In this document: positions 1 through 12,781 of the stretch, piece after piece
How the letters are laid out: every line of letters starts with the position of its first letter
How positions within the stretch are numbered: the stretch's first letter is position 1
Assembly (NCBI GenBank): GCA_003971905.1
Contig: RSEE01000128.1
Coordinates: forward strand, 1-64,000
DNA length: 64,000 nucleotides
From: Moniliella sp. 'wahieum'
Taxonomy: Eukaryota
Direction: 5' to 3'
The notes under the pieces: model-generated
The model's input: the letters and a program-made list of their open reading frames with translations, nothing else
The model's database searches: none
What the model was told of the DNA's origin: nothing
Translations under genes and position numbers: made by a program

Positions 1-1950
1 GGCTAGTAGCTGGGGTAAACAATCCATCTATACTCTGTTTGCGCCCACTAAAAGCGCATGCTTCCTTCGATCTGGGCGAGTTCCTGTCGTATGGATGAGG
101 AGATCCGCGTGCGTGAGCTTTGAGTCCCGACTGATTTCATTCTACTTCAGCCTTTGGTCTTTGTGGTCTTGAGCGCAAGTGAGAGCTCCAAGTTACGGAT
201 CTGGACATCCGTTTCCTGATCTGGGCGTCTCGGTTTTGTTGTGGACATTTTCCCCTCCTACCTTTTATGTATTTCTTGCTGAGAGGCGGAGAACCTGCCA
301 CCTATTCCTTTTCCCTTTTTTTTCGTGTTTGGTTGTTCCTGTTCCTAGGGAATCTTTCCCTATACAGCTTGATCTGTGTTCCTTTTTAATTTGTTGAAAG
401 CCATAATAATCTGCATGATCTGTCTGTGTACTAATATTCCCTTCCTCTTTCCGTTGCTTCTTTAAAGTTCCGGTCTGTATATCCTTTTTTCTCTGATCTT
501 AATTTCCCTGGCTGGTCATTTGGGACAGCATCATGTCCTTACGATCCCCTTGACCTACTAGACAACACCCGCGTTTACTCTTCTTCCCTAGCTCGCCAGT
601 AGTCCCACCGACCTGTTTCAGCGACCACCTCTTGACTTCCCGAGAATCCTTCCGCCAGGCACCCTTTGCTGTCGATTTCCCCCCAGCTTGCAGTCTCCTC
701 TATACGAATCCCGCTGCGATCCTATCAGGAGTTGAGTTGTTCTGTGACAGGACCTGTCTGGCCCTATCTTGTCTGTGTCAGGTTTCCGGCTAACAATTCA
801 AGGTTGGGCTATCCAGGGAGGCACCCTAATCCTGCTCGTTCCTGATGTGCGTAGCAAAACCGTGCCACACGAGCCGACGCCACAATTGAGAAAGGCCTCA
901 CCCGTCCCCTCGTCGCTAGCTCCGGTTGGATCCGCCAATAACGTTCAAGCTGGACAAACCGTGAATGAACCTCTCCTCATTCAAGGGAACGCATTAAGCA
1001 CTGTGAAAGCATGGGTTCTGCTCCAGTTCGGGGCCCGGCCATGACAGAGTGGGAGCCAACACGGCTGTGGCCAACCTGTACGTGGGAACCAACCATTTGC
1101 CCAGAGTCACGGGCGGGCGCGGGGGGGGCTCACCCAGAGAGTTGTGGGGTTGCAAACCCTTAGGCCTTAGGAGCCATAAGGACGACTGACGGTCGTTTCG
1201 TGCTTGGGCTAGGTGGTGGGTCCAATCGGAGCTAGGGACGAGGCGAGTGCCTTTTGGGCGTCAAACCGAGGCGGCTGCACGTGTGTTGTTGGTAAGGCTG
1301 CGTACGCACCGGCTTGGGCGTAGTAACGTTTGAAGCCTTCGAGGCTTAGGGACGGGTAGAGGCAGTGGAGGACAAACACAGCCAGAGCTGGGACGGAACA
1401 GGGGGCTAACGACGTGGCTGGAAGGAACCCATCAGACGATAAAGAGCTTGGTATGGCGAATCGCGCGGCTGAAGGAAGACTCGAGACCCAGGCGGTGGAA
1501 AACTAGAGGACGAGGGTGGAAACGAGAAGGCAGTACGTGCAGCGAGATTGTCTGGACTGATTGAATTAGCCGGAAACGGGCTATGGCGTTGGACGGAAAG
1601 GCGGGAAGGGACAAGAAAGGATGTGGGGAAAAGGATGCCCACCAACCAGGGTACAACGGGGGTGGAGAAAGGACTGACATGCCAACAGAGGGGTTGGTTG
1701 CCGCAGGCGCAAGAGAGAGGATAAAGTATGTGGTGACGCGGTGGCGGGTGGGGCAGTTGTCAGGATGCCGGAGACTTGGTGGCCTATTTAGGCCAAACGA
1801 CTTTGTGACTTGAGTGTGGGCGCGACTATTAAATGGTCGCGTGATGCTTGTAGTCACTCCGGCCACCGTAGATGGTTTAACGTTTAACGTGTTACCCAAC
1901 AACCATCATCAAACTTGGTTGAGTTGGGAGCGCGCTTCACTGGGCATGGA
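1..1950. mobile_element. Probable degenerate transposon/repeat remnant (family not identifiable)
   Basis: AT-richer than the genic DNA, with no intact gene. The minus strand has stop-interrupted, coiled-coil-like fragments (e.g. ISSSIRQELAQIEGSMR near 55-105). Two diverged inverted copies are present (908-930 vs 1221-1243; 782-793 vs 1566-1577). No RT or transposase motif seen. Confidence 0.3.
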
Positions 1951-3337
1951 GAACAGTGGCCTTATGTAGGCCTTAGCTTGTTGATCAGACCATCTCAGAC
2001 CCAACGCAGCTCTCGTAACGCGTCAGATGTAATGTAACACCCAGCTAATCACAACGCGAGCATCCCCGGTTTCGGGCGAACCCCGCCGACGCGGGGGAGC
2101 CTAGAGGCAGTCCAGCTTCCAGGCACACCACACGATTCCCCCTCTCCGACGCCATCTCGTCATTTCAGGTACGCAGTCGGAGTACTCTGACTGACTCGTA
2201 CTCATGCATCGGGATGGATGATGGTCACCGATCGTCGACATGTGATGCGTGTGACGGGCCGGCTGCTGAATGTTGCTGTGCCAGTCTGGGCCGGCGGTGT
2301 GAGATGGGACTGGGAGCCTGTATCTCCGGCGCGGGAACTGTGACAGTGGTGTGCCAGTGATCTGCCCTAGGTGTACGTAGCCTTAGGCCTAAGGCGGCCT
2401 AAAGCTACAATCAGCGAACAAGGTAGGCGATTGCTGCGATCGCTAAGCTCAGCCGCTCAGGCTGACTGACGTTGCCTCGGACGGGGTGCGCAGGAGGCCG
2501 AGGAATGCGGACTCGGGGCGGAGACATGGATAAGAGACATGTCGAGTCGATCTGCTGCGCTGAATGTTGGAAGTTGAGTGTGTGCCGTGGTGGCCGTGGC
2601 GAGAAAACAGCGCAGAAGACACGGGAGGAAGCCAGCGGCGGGAGGGGAAGGTGATGGTGGGTGGGTACTGAGTAACTGAGTTACTGAGTGCCGCCCAGCG
2701 TATAGACGATGGCATGTTACATGGTACAGCGCTCTCGAGACTGCTCCCACGCTGCTGCCACGCTGCAACGCCGCAGCGCGTCGGCAGGGCAGCAGCCCAG
2801 TGTGGGGCAGCCGATAGCGCGCACACACAGGCGCTGTGCGTGCGGCGGCCGGGCGTCGATGGATGGTGATGAAGGTGATTTGTGCTACGCGCAGCTACGC
2901 GAGGCAGGGCGTGTGGGGCACGGCGCGAGTGTGTGCGCAGCAGGCCGGCTAGGATCTGCAATTTAGGCTGCGTCCACTCCGTGCCGTTCGTACTCAGTAC
3001 TCACACCAAAGGGACCGCCGTCGATAGCGACCGTGGGCAGACGCCCGCCAGCTCCCGCAGCGATCCCCCGCGTCCTGGCCCCATTCATTCGTATTCATAT
3101 TCACCCGCACGTGCCCCCCCAGCGCCTCGGCAGCGATCCGCAGCAGAGCCACCCCCCCCCCCCCCCACCCGGCCCCTCCTCCCCACATCCGTCCGTGGAG
3201 CAGCGCCACAGCACCGCACCCAGCTGGCTCTGTCGTCGACACACATCCCCTTGTACCTCTCCGTCTCATTCTCTTCTCCTTCTCTTCCATCTCTTTCTCC
3301 TTCTCCTTCTCCTTCCCCCCCACATTCTCTTTGCAGC

Positions 3338-4722
3338 ATGCGCCCCCGCGGTTCGCTTCCTCTCGCGCTGGGCGCACACGCACGCGCTCCGCTCTCGCCG
3401 CCGCCGGAGCTGCGATCGGGCTGTGCTCCGCCGCCGCGCCGCTGCCAACTACGACTGGCCGCTCCCGCTGCCCCTCAACACGGCGCCCGGCACCCACCAG
3501 CTGCCCTTCCCGCTGCACTGGTACAGTCTCGTTGCCGGTCTTGCCCAGGGCGTACTGCACCCCGCCTTCGATCGCCGTGGGCGCACAGGTGGGCCAAGCC
3601 ACCGTCCTGGGCCGCATTGGCGACGGCACAACATCCCCGCACACGCTCGTTTACCACAGCGACACACTTGGTGTCGGTACGTCCCTCTCGCCCTTTCTCT
3701 TCTCATTTCGTTGCCCCTCTATCTCCACCTCGCTCGACAGACACTGACCTCCTCTTCCGCCCCGCGGGCTGTGGCTCAACCCAGTGCTGGCGTACCAAGG
3801 CACCAACTTATCCAGCTGGCAGTCGCTCTTGTACGACGCGAACTTTGTCTGGGCCGAGCCCGTTGCCGAGCTAGAGTTGCCGACGGACGCTCTTGTCGAC
3901 ACGGGGTTCCAAGCGTTTGGCAAAGCAACTGGGACGAGGTCAAGCATGCTGGCCGATGCCCGTCGCACCTACCCACACGCCAACCTGACGATCACAGGCC
4001 ACTCGCTCGGTGCCGCCGCCTCGGTCTTTGCCGCCCTCGCTCTGGGCAACGAGACGGTCGACACTGTCATTACTTGTACGTCCCCCCCTTCTCCGAAACA
4101 TTTTCTCCCACAATGGCCTACCCCAGCACAGCAGGCGTAGATACTAGCGAGGTCTCCTAACCGCTTCTGCCCTCTTCCCTCTGCCCCCTGCCTCTTCTCG
4201 GTGTATTATCTTCATGTCACCCACTTCCTTTCTGGCATTTCCTGTTTGACGCAGTTGGTCAGCCGCGAATGGGCACACCAGCATTTGCCAATACGGTGGA
4301 TGAACGGTTTGGTCCTGCTCGGCTAAACTATGTGACGAACGGGGACGACATTGTACCACACTTGATCCCCAAGTTCATTGGACCTCCCTACCCACAGCAC
4401 TTTTCCGGTTCGATTTGGATCAACCCGACCAATGCCACGCTCGAGTCGAACGGTGTGTCTGCCTACACCTATTTGCCCGGCCAAGAAAATCTCAATGGCC
4501 CCGACTCGGTCTTGCCCACCGACTTGGCCGTCAGCGCCCACGAGGGATTCTACATGTAAGTGCCCCCCCCCCCCATCTTGGACCACTGGGAAGAGGGATC
4601 TCGTGGTGCCCGCTCAGCAGAAAACTAACCCACTGCAATCGCGTTTTCTTTGGCTCGCTAGGGGCACCCACATTGCTGGCCGCGGCACGGGCAACTGTCC
4701 TGTGACAGTCGGCTCGCCGTAG
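3338..4722 (+). CDS. Secreted class 3 lipase (mono/diacylglycerol lipase, Malassezia SMG1-like), 4 exons
   Basis: LAYQGTN, nucleophile motif ITGHSLGAA, QPRMG..FA, NGDDIVPHL, YLPGQEN, HEGFY and C-terminal GNCPVTVG. GT-AG introns at about 3677-3784, 4076-4254 and 4556-4661. The N-terminus is frameshifted, so the start is uncertain. Confidence 0.9.
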
Positions 4723-5098
4723 CAGGCTGCTGAATGCCGAATGCCGCATTCACCCACTAGTATCGCCCTATGGTTCCCTTATTGCTTGCGTCCTGTTAAC
4801 AATTCTAGGGTGACAGCTGGCCACCTCCCTCGCGTTCCCTTTTCGGTTACAACGTCTCATCATCACTCTGTTCGTGGTCTCTTTTTTATATAAGGAGGGG
4901 GGAGGGGTAGCGTCCCAGCCGCTTCCCCCATCCTCCTCCATCTTGCCTGTCGCACTCCCTCCCCCTCTTCACCTGTTGCTTATGCCATTCTTTCGTGTAT
5001 CGAACCCGAAGCGGATTCGGTTGTGGGAGGATGGAAAGAACCATGCCGATGAATTTCGGAGGTACAGAGAGCAGAGCAGCGGGGGGTTATATTATTTT

Positions 5099-6182
5099 TT
5101 AGGCCGACGGGGCTGAGGGCTGCGGCGGCTCGTACTTTTCGAGGGAGAGGAGTTGTCGGGATTTGTCAGCGATGAGCTGTTGTTTGGTGTTGGCCTTGGC
5201 GAGGGGCAAGTCGGATTCTTTCCATTTCTTGACGTAGTCGAGGACCTTGGCCCGAGTTTCTTCCAGTTCGACGCTGCGTCCAAAGGCGTCGACAAAGCGG
5301 CCGTCGGGGTCCATGAGGTAAAAGTAAATGGAGTGGTCGACGAGGTAATCCTTCGACGGGTCTGCGCCCGGGGGCGTGGAGAAGTAGACGCGGAAGTACT
5401 TGCACACTTTTTTGATATCGTCATAGTGGCCTGTCAAGCCAAGCAGTTTCGGGTGGAACTCCGAGACGTACTGGGCCGTGGTGGGGATCGTATCCCGTGC
5501 CGGGTCGCACGAGATGAACACTGGCTCAATTACCTCGCCATACGCCTCTTCCACCGCGTCCACCACTGCGCCCATCTTGTCCAGCTCCTCTGGACACACG
5601 TCAGGGCAATTGGTAAAGCCAAAGTAGACCAGCATGAACTTGCCCTCCAAATCCTCGTTGTGGATCCGACGTGCGATCGGGGCGTGCGTGACGGGGTCCT
5701 GCGTCGCAAGCACCAGGTGGAACGGCCCGCCGACCTTGGGCCGGCCCACAATTTTTGACTTTGCTCTTCCATCTTGGTTGCTTCCATCCGGTCCTTTTCC
5801 CGCTTAAAGTACCACAGCAGCCCGCCGCCCGTCACGACAAACAGCGCGGCGGCCGGGAGGGAGAAGGGCTAGCCGACCACAAAGCAAAACAAACAAAACA
5901 AAACAAGCCAGGCACACATCCAGCAGCGTCCGCAGGTCAGCACATGTCCCACGCAGCACACCCTCGGCGGGGCAGAAGAAGAGCGGAGCAGAGGGACAAC
6001 GTACCCCAGCCGCCTGGCGGTTGTACTTGGCGGAGCTGTGGCCGATGTGGCGCGCGTGCGGGTGGGGCAGACACGGGCGGCGCGGGACGGGCGGCGCGGA
6101 GGAGCGCAGCGCCAGCCACGGGTCTAGCCATGGGCCTAGCCACGCCAGACACGCGCAGGGGGGCCGACACGAGCAGGGACAT
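5099..6182 (-). CDS. SCO1: Mitochondrial copper chaperone SCO1/SCO2
   Basis: YFGFTNCPDVCPEELDK (CxxxC), ISCDPARD and YLVDHSIYFYLMDPDG. TM segment GGGLLWYFKREK and an Arg/Ala-rich presequence. Intron at about 5870-6003. Confidence 0.95.
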
Positions 6183-6428
6183 GGGGGCGGTGGGGGACAG
6201 AGTGCTGCTGCTTGCCGCTGGCCGGCGTTGCCGCGAGCGCGCTTCGCAGGCGGAATGGGCGCATCCTGTTCCGCTCGGCAGGTGGGCTGACATGTGGCAT
6301 GTGATCCTCTATTCAAGTGCACGTTGCACCGGGGCGTGCGGAACTGGGGCAGGGCGGAATGCACGCCGGGAAATGCTCGCCTGGGCGGCGGCCAGGTTAG
6401 TTGGTTTTAGGTACAACGCACCCCCACC

Positions 6429-7879
6429 ATGGCCGCCTCGTCCGCCGCCCAGCCGCGTCCTCTGGACCGCGCCGAGCAAGGTACGTCCCGTGCTCCCCAT
6501 GCTGGTCTCTCCTCCCTCGGGGTGGCGTTGCTGACGCGCACGGCGCAGATGTGGCGCTGGGCCTGTCGCTGGACATTGACGAGCGCACGCTCGAGCGGCT
6601 GGTGCAGCACGTGCCGGGTGTGCTGGGCCGCGAGCCCAGCACGCGCCAGCAGGCCTGGTCCCACCTCCAGGTCCGTCTCTCCGCCCTCGACACCCTCTCT
6701 CTCCGCCTCGACACTGTGGCCCAGACCACCTGTCCCGCCGAGGTGGCGCGGTACGAGACCGAGTTGCACGAGCTGGGTATGTACATATGTCGTGGTTGGT
6801 TCTTGGGTTCTTGGATTCTTGGGGTTCTTGGGGTTCTTGCCTGGCTGGTTACGCCTTCCCACCTGTCGGCCTTTCCGTTTCCACGTTGGAGCGACCCTGC
6901 TGACCCTTCCCTCCTCTTGCTTGTATCCCCCCCCGTTTTCGTTTTCGTTTTCGTTTTCGTTTGCGTTTGCGTTTGTCTCAGCCGAGGAACAGACCCAGAT
7001 CGAGGCGGAGATCGAGGTGCTGAAGCGCGACCTGGAAGAAGCGCAGAAAAGCGTGCGCACAAGCTCGAGTACGATGCGCTAGCCAAGCACATTGTCAAGT
7101 ACCCTCCGCGGGCGCAAACCGAAGCGTGCGTCCCCCCCCCTTTTTTTTTCTTTCCCCTGCCGTACTGCGACTCGATCGCGGAAGAAAGGAAGCGGAAAGA
7201 AGGAAGGACAAAAGAAGACTGACATGGCAGACAGGGCAATTGAGCGACTGCACAGTACACTTGAAGGGTTGAAGCAGGAGCGGCAAGGGTACCGTGCGAT
7301 TGCGGAAGGGATCAAAGAACAGTACGAAGATGCGACAGCCATCTTTGGCAAGATGCAAACTTACATTGTGATGAGATTGCCACGCGGGAGCAAGAGGCGG
7401 TGCAGACTGGGGCGGATGGGGAAGACCTGGACAACGAAAACGACAATGACAACGAAATGGAGGACGGACTGAGGGATGGCAGTGGCACCCCTGCCCGCGG
7501 GGCCGACGACGAGGAGAAGGAAGAAGGCGAAGATGGGGAGGTGGCGTACCAGTACCAAAGTCCGAGTGGACAGGATAGCCTACGCGACTCGGAGGAAGGG
7601 GAGCAGCAAGAAGAAGGTGCAGCAACAATCGATCGTGCTCCCTTCGTCTCTTCTCGCTCCGCATCCGCATCTGCATCTGCATCTGCATCTGCAGCCAGCC
7701 GTGCCGACCCCTCTCGGCCGGAGCTCAACCCTTCTGCACCTGCGTTCAAGCCGTTAGTTTCATCGCGTCTTGCGCCCAGCGCACCTGCCTCTCGGTCTTT
7801 CAAACGGTCTCGGCCCGAGGGGCGGGGGGACCCAGCGGGACCTACCTCGGGCCCTCCCATGTCCAAGCGGAGACGATGA
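6429..7879 (+). CDS. THO complex subunit 7 (Thoc7/Mft1-like)
   Basis: Coiled coil EVARYETELHEL...IEAEIEVLKRDLEEAQ..KLEYDALAKHIVKYPPR and an acidic disordered tail. Introns at about 6481-6549, 6777-6980 and 7126-7234. Confidence 0.75.
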
Positions 7880-9877
7880 GAAATGGATGGAGCTGAAGAT
7901 GGAGTTGGAGTTGGATTTGGTTTCGCTCGTGGAAGGGTCCTGGTGTCCTCAGTTGGTTCGGTAGTGTACCAGGACGTGCACAGCCAGGATCAAAGGATCC
8001 CAGGATCCCACCGGAGATGGAGTCCATGGATAGACGCCGTGGGTCCACTGCGTTCCTGTAGCATTGGATCGAGGATACTCGATACGGATGCGTTAATTTA
8101 GGTTGGGTGTGGGGCCATATACAGCGCCGCGCCTGTAGCAGGGAGGGAGGTCGGCACCACACGACGCTTACACCGGGCGAAAAAGAAGAATGAAGCACGA
8201 CCTACCAGTCGACGTTTAAGGGGGCTCCGGCACCCGCCCCTCGTCCCATACCCCACCGAGCGTGTGCCTAAGAGTGTGGTTCTGCCTAGGGCCTAGCAGT
8301 ATAGGGGGTAGGTCCCATGGGAGAAGGCGGGGCCCCAACGGATCCAACGTTCTGCGCCGACTACTAGTACTAAGCTGTCGAAGTGCGTTTCCGCCATGCT
8401 CCTTGCTCCTTGCTCCTTACTCCTTGCTCCTTGTTCGCGGGACGTGGGAGGGTGAACGACGTTGACCGACCTAGAACGTCTTGAACGTTGACGCAAACTA
8501 AGACGATCATTCTCGGTCACTCGATAACCCGCTCCCAGTGTCCACGTCCCGCCACACGTGCGAAGTACCCAAGGGCACAGCACAGCTCGAAAGCACATTT
8601 AAGGTACCACAACAAACAAAGTATCCCCTCGCTATCAGTTGGCACGGTATGCGTATTCCCAGAGAAGCATGCTCGAACCTCGATCCTTTCCTGACATACG
8701 CCCATCGCGCTTGCTGTGAGTGACCCATTCTTGTACCGATGAGGGAAACCTTGGAGAGGGTGGGAGGCAGTAAGGGCTGGAGGAAGTGTGGTGGCAGGCC
8801 AGAGTGTGTGTAGTTTGAACGGTGGACGTTGGACGTTGGACTTTGGACGTTGGACGTTGGTGGAGGGCAATAAGTCCTAAGGCCTAAGGGCGCCATTCCC
8901 GTTCTCGAGGACGAGGGGACGGTGGGTGGTGCTCTGCAGGGGAGCGGGCGGGAGGCGATGATCGATGGTGGATGGTCGATGACGTCGTGCCGCGGCGCCA
9001 CTCAATGTACTCAAAACTCAAAGCCTTTCTGAGGCCATTAACGGAGTAACGGATTAACCATTACAGGGCGCTCCAGGGGGCTTCCACTGCAGAGGCTCGC
9101 TCACATTCACAGGGACCCTCAGGGACCCACACGCCAGATGAGAGCCGTGCATTGCTGTGCCTCCTGAGGCTGAGGCGCCGCCTCGGCTTCACTATCAGTC
9201 TCAAGATCTCAATCTCAGTCCCAATTAACAACTCCCCATCCAGCCGCTCGGTGGCCGGCGCGGCAGACGGGCAGTGGGTCATGTGGCGGAACGGAGATGG
9301 GAGATGGGCGTGGCTGGCTCATCGATGATCGAGATGACCTCGCCAGTTGCACGGCCGCAGTCGAGGATTGAATAGTGATATGGACGAGCGATGATTAATT
9401 GCGATGATTTCGACGGATGAGGCCGAGCATCGATAAGATAGCGTTGGGCGCAACGCAACGCAACGCAACGCGGGGACACTGCCTCTGCGCCGGCGCCATT
9501 GGTGGCGGGGGTCGTAGACGGTCGCAGTGGGCTTTTGGAGTTGCCACCTCCCTCCCCAACCTCTGTTCTGCACCGCGTCCCGTGGCCGGCAAAAGTGGAT
9601 AGGGCGAGGGAAAATGGGATACCTGGGTCCTAGGTACTAGGTTATTTTGTACTGGGTTAGTACTGCAGTGGGTACTGACTAGGTCCTAATCGGTCTTAGG
9701 CCCTAGGCCGTGGGTCCCTGACAAGCCTCGTTGCCTACCACCGCGCTTGCGCCTTGACGCTCCCGCTCACCCGTACCGCGTCTCCGGTCACCGCACCTTG
9801 CCCACCGTCGTATTCTCGTCAGGACAACCGCCACGCTCCACCACTTACTTGCACCTGGTCCTCATTCCCCGTTCCCC

Positions 9878-11728
9878 ATGTCAGCCGTTTTCCTGTCGAC
9901 AAGGACGCGGCGATCGAAGCGGACCGCGGGCTGGGCGTTGCGAGCGATGCGGGCCGGCTGGCCCCGGTGGACACCAAGCCCGAGGGGGCGACGACCGAGT
10001 ACGTGCTGGAAGAGCAACCGGACCAAGATACGGAGTTGGATCCCGTCCTGAAACCGAGGCTACTGTGGTTGCAGGACCTGTACGTGGCGCTACCGATTGG
10101 CGTCATGTTTCTGTTTAGCTTTATTGACCGGAGTTCGTTGAGCAATGCGTATACGGATGGGATGGGAGCCGATCTGCACTTCCCATCCTCGGGGCTTAAC
10201 TTGGCTACCACGCTCTTTCTTTGTGCCTTATGTTGCGTTGAACCAATCTCGGGCCATCGTCTTTCGGCGCATTGGCGCGCGGTACATGTTGACGAGTGTA
10301 TGCTGGCCTGGGGGCTGATCACGCTCTTACTGGCTTTTGTAGCTCCTACCACAGCTTTCTTGCCTGTCGGATCATCTTGGGTGCCGTCGAATCTTCCTTC
10401 TTCCCTTGCTCCGCGCTCTACTACCTTACCTACTTTTACCGACGCGAGGTGTGCGTTGGCTACGCTAGTCCCCCCCCTCCTTCTGTTGATTTCCTCGTTC
10501 TTCTTCTTGCCGCGTCTGCGATCCTGACCCACCGAGTCTGCTTTCTGTTTGCTCCACTAGGAACTGGGCTGCGCACGGCCGTCTTGTTTGGCCAGTGCGT
10601 TGGGGGGTGCGTTTTCGGGGCTGCTGGCAGCAGCCATCTTTAATGAAAGGGGTCGGTGGCAAAGCGGGCTGGGCATGGTTCTACATCCTATTGGGACTGG
10701 TTACGTTCCTAATGGGTTTATCATCTTCTTTCCTTGCCGATTCTCCCGAGACGGCATGGTTCATTCGTGATCCGCAGCTGCGCCAAACGGCGACCAAACG
10801 CAGTCGGATCATCAACCAATTTGGCGCGAGCGGCGCTGGCCATTCTGTCAACTGGCCCGAAATCAAAGACGGTCTGCTGGACCCCAAATTGTGGATTGGC
10901 TCCTTGTCCCAGTTTGGGGCGGACACAATGTTGTTTTCAGTAGCGACGTTTATGGTGTTGATCATCAAGCAGATTCAGCCGGGTACGTATTGGTTTTGGA
11001 TTTGTGTTTGGATTTGTGGTTGCGTTGTTATTGTGGTCTTTGGACACCTTTCCTTGGCTCGCATGGCTGACTGACTCTTCACTTGGCTCTGCGGCGTAGA
11101 CGCGCAGCACCATTGTCATCCAGCTCTCACAGTGCCTGTGTATGCGACAGGTGCGGTTGTGTACCTCATCACAGCCGTCCTAACTGATCGGTATGGGTAC
11201 CGGCACGCGACGATGATTTGCGTTGCCCTGGTGACTGTGGTGGGGTACGCGATTCTGTTGGGGTGCCGACAGCCTGGGGTGCTGTACTTTGCCACGTTCC
11301 TGACTGTCAACTGTTACACCTTTGTTGGGATCAACGTCAGTCTGCAGAGCTCGAACCAAGCCGGGTCGAGTAAGCGCGCGATTGGCTCGGGGCTGCAGCT
11401 GGCGCTGGGCAACACGGGGGGCATTGTGGCAGGGCAGATTTATCGTTCGGGGCGATACAATGTCGGGTACGCGGTGAGCATTGGGTTGACCTTATTTAGT
11501 GTGCTGCTCTACCTGATCAACTGGACCTACATGGGCTGCATGAACCGTGCTCGCGACCGTCTCCAAGCCCAGTTGGACCAGCAAGACGGGCAGAAGGACA
11601 CGGACACGGCCTCTGCGCCCACCGACCGCGCCACTGCGTCTGCCGACCTGCCTCGCTCGTGGGGCATCGGCCCGGGCTTGCGCCCGATCCCTGGCGATCG
11701 CAACTTGACTTTCCGGTACAAACTTTGA
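9878..11728 (+). CDS. MFS transporter, anion:cation symporter (Tna1/Dal5 allantoate/nicotinate permease) family
   Basis: FLFSFIDRSSLSNA, CRIILGAVESSFFP, GAFSGLLAAAI, GWAWFYILLG, GSSKRAIG..QLALGNTGGIVA and C-terminal GDRNLTFRYKL. Introns at about 10449-10560 and 10983-11099. Confidence 0.9.
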
Positions 11729-12075
11729 ACTGTGCCCTGCTGTGTATCCTTCTTGCCTCTCTCTCCTATCCCGACGGTGCCCTCCTCTGTCCATCCTGCC
11801 TGCCTGTTCCCCTTCTTTGTTTCCTTTCCTTTCCTCTCCTTTTCCTCGGATCGTGATGTGACGCCAATGCATACCCTGCGACGCCAGTCCAGCTGCGCAA
11901 GATAGATGCACCTCGGGGGGCAAGGCAGCGCGGGGACGTGTGCGCCAGCGGCAGCGGAATGGAAGCAAGAAGGTAGATTGGATTTGGATTGCAAGCGACG
12001 AGCCCGGAGGCCCACACACGCGGCAGCCCGCCCGAATGGATGCATGCAGCGACGGGGGGGCAAGCGTCAGGTTAC

Positions 12076-12411
12076 TTACTCATCCGCGGCAGCTCTCTTC
12101 TCGAGGGCTTCCTTGTACTGGGCCTTGTAGAGGGCGCGCTGGCGCATCTTGAAGTCCATGAACATGCACCGCTCGTACACGTGTCTGTGGGGGGAAGAAG
12201 GCAGAGTCAGCGGGGCAGGCGCACCAGAGCACAGGACGCAGACACGCACTTCTCGTGCTTGCACTTCCAGGGCAGGTAGTACTCCTTGGTGGCGGCAGAT
12301 GCGGAGCGGCAGGAGGTAGCCGGCACAGCCGTCGCGGAGGATGTGCGGGATGCCAAAGTGCTCCGTCTCCTCGAGGCTGAGGTCCTTCTGGAAGTCCTCC
12401 CACTTGGGCAT
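12076..12411 (-). CDS. NDUFB7: NADH:ubiquinone oxidoreductase subunit B18 (NDUFB7)
   Basis: Twin Cx9C-type pattern IPHILRDGCAGYLLPLRICR..YYLPWKCKHE/RHVYERC.FMDFKMR. One short intron at about 12185-12250. Confidence 0.85.
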   Translation of the reverse strand: MPKWEDFQKDLSLEETEHFGIPHILRDGCAGYLLPLRICRHQGVLPALEVQAREVRVCVLCSGAPAPLTLPSSPHRHVYERCMFMDFKMRQRALYKAQYKEALEKRAAADE

Positions 12412-12473
12412 GGCGTGGGGAGCAGCAGCAGCCGCGCCGGCCGCCGTCGCCCCCATACGCCGTGCGCCTGCCC

Positions 12474-12557
12474 CGATTAATAATCGCCCACGGGCGCCCG
12501 CCACTCCGCCGCCCGCGGAATACACATGCACCGACCGCACCCGTGGCTGACGTCAGC
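12474..12557. promoter_or_regulatory. Palindromic sites in the NDUFB7/MAM33 bidirectional promoter
   Basis: CGATTA-A-TAATCG at 12474-12486 and a CRE/ATF-type GCTGACGTCAGC at 12546-12557, within a ~370-bp divergent spacer. Confidence 0.4.
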
Positions 12558-12781
12558 GCCTGGCCTGTGCGGGCACACTGCCCTGCGCCCGCCCGCGCCG
12601 ACGTTCAGGAAGCTTCGAGGCAGCCGCCGAAGGTTGAAGCGCACGTCGGAAGCCGCAAGCACACAGCCAACCCAGTGGAGGTGGCGGCGCATTCTTTTTT
12701 TTTGCTGGATCCAGATATACATAGACACCCCCGCTCGCCTTGCTCTGTCCCGCCACCCCCTCCCCTCCTCCTGCTGCCCCC

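Noticed and set aside
1..9. GGCTAGTAG shared between the window start and 34486
   Set aside because: A 9-nt match with no extension; chance level.
2064..2105. GC hairpin CCCCGC-CGAC-GCGGGG followed by CTAG (Helitron 3' end?)
   Set aside because: The spacer to CTAG is only about 4 nt, the next base is A rather than T, and no Rep/helicase remnant or 5' TC end was identified.
8398..8860. (CTCCTTG)n and (GGACGTT)n heptamer runs as CRISPR-like or regulatory arrays
   Set aside because: Simple tandem repeats without spacers, in a genome full of microsatellites.
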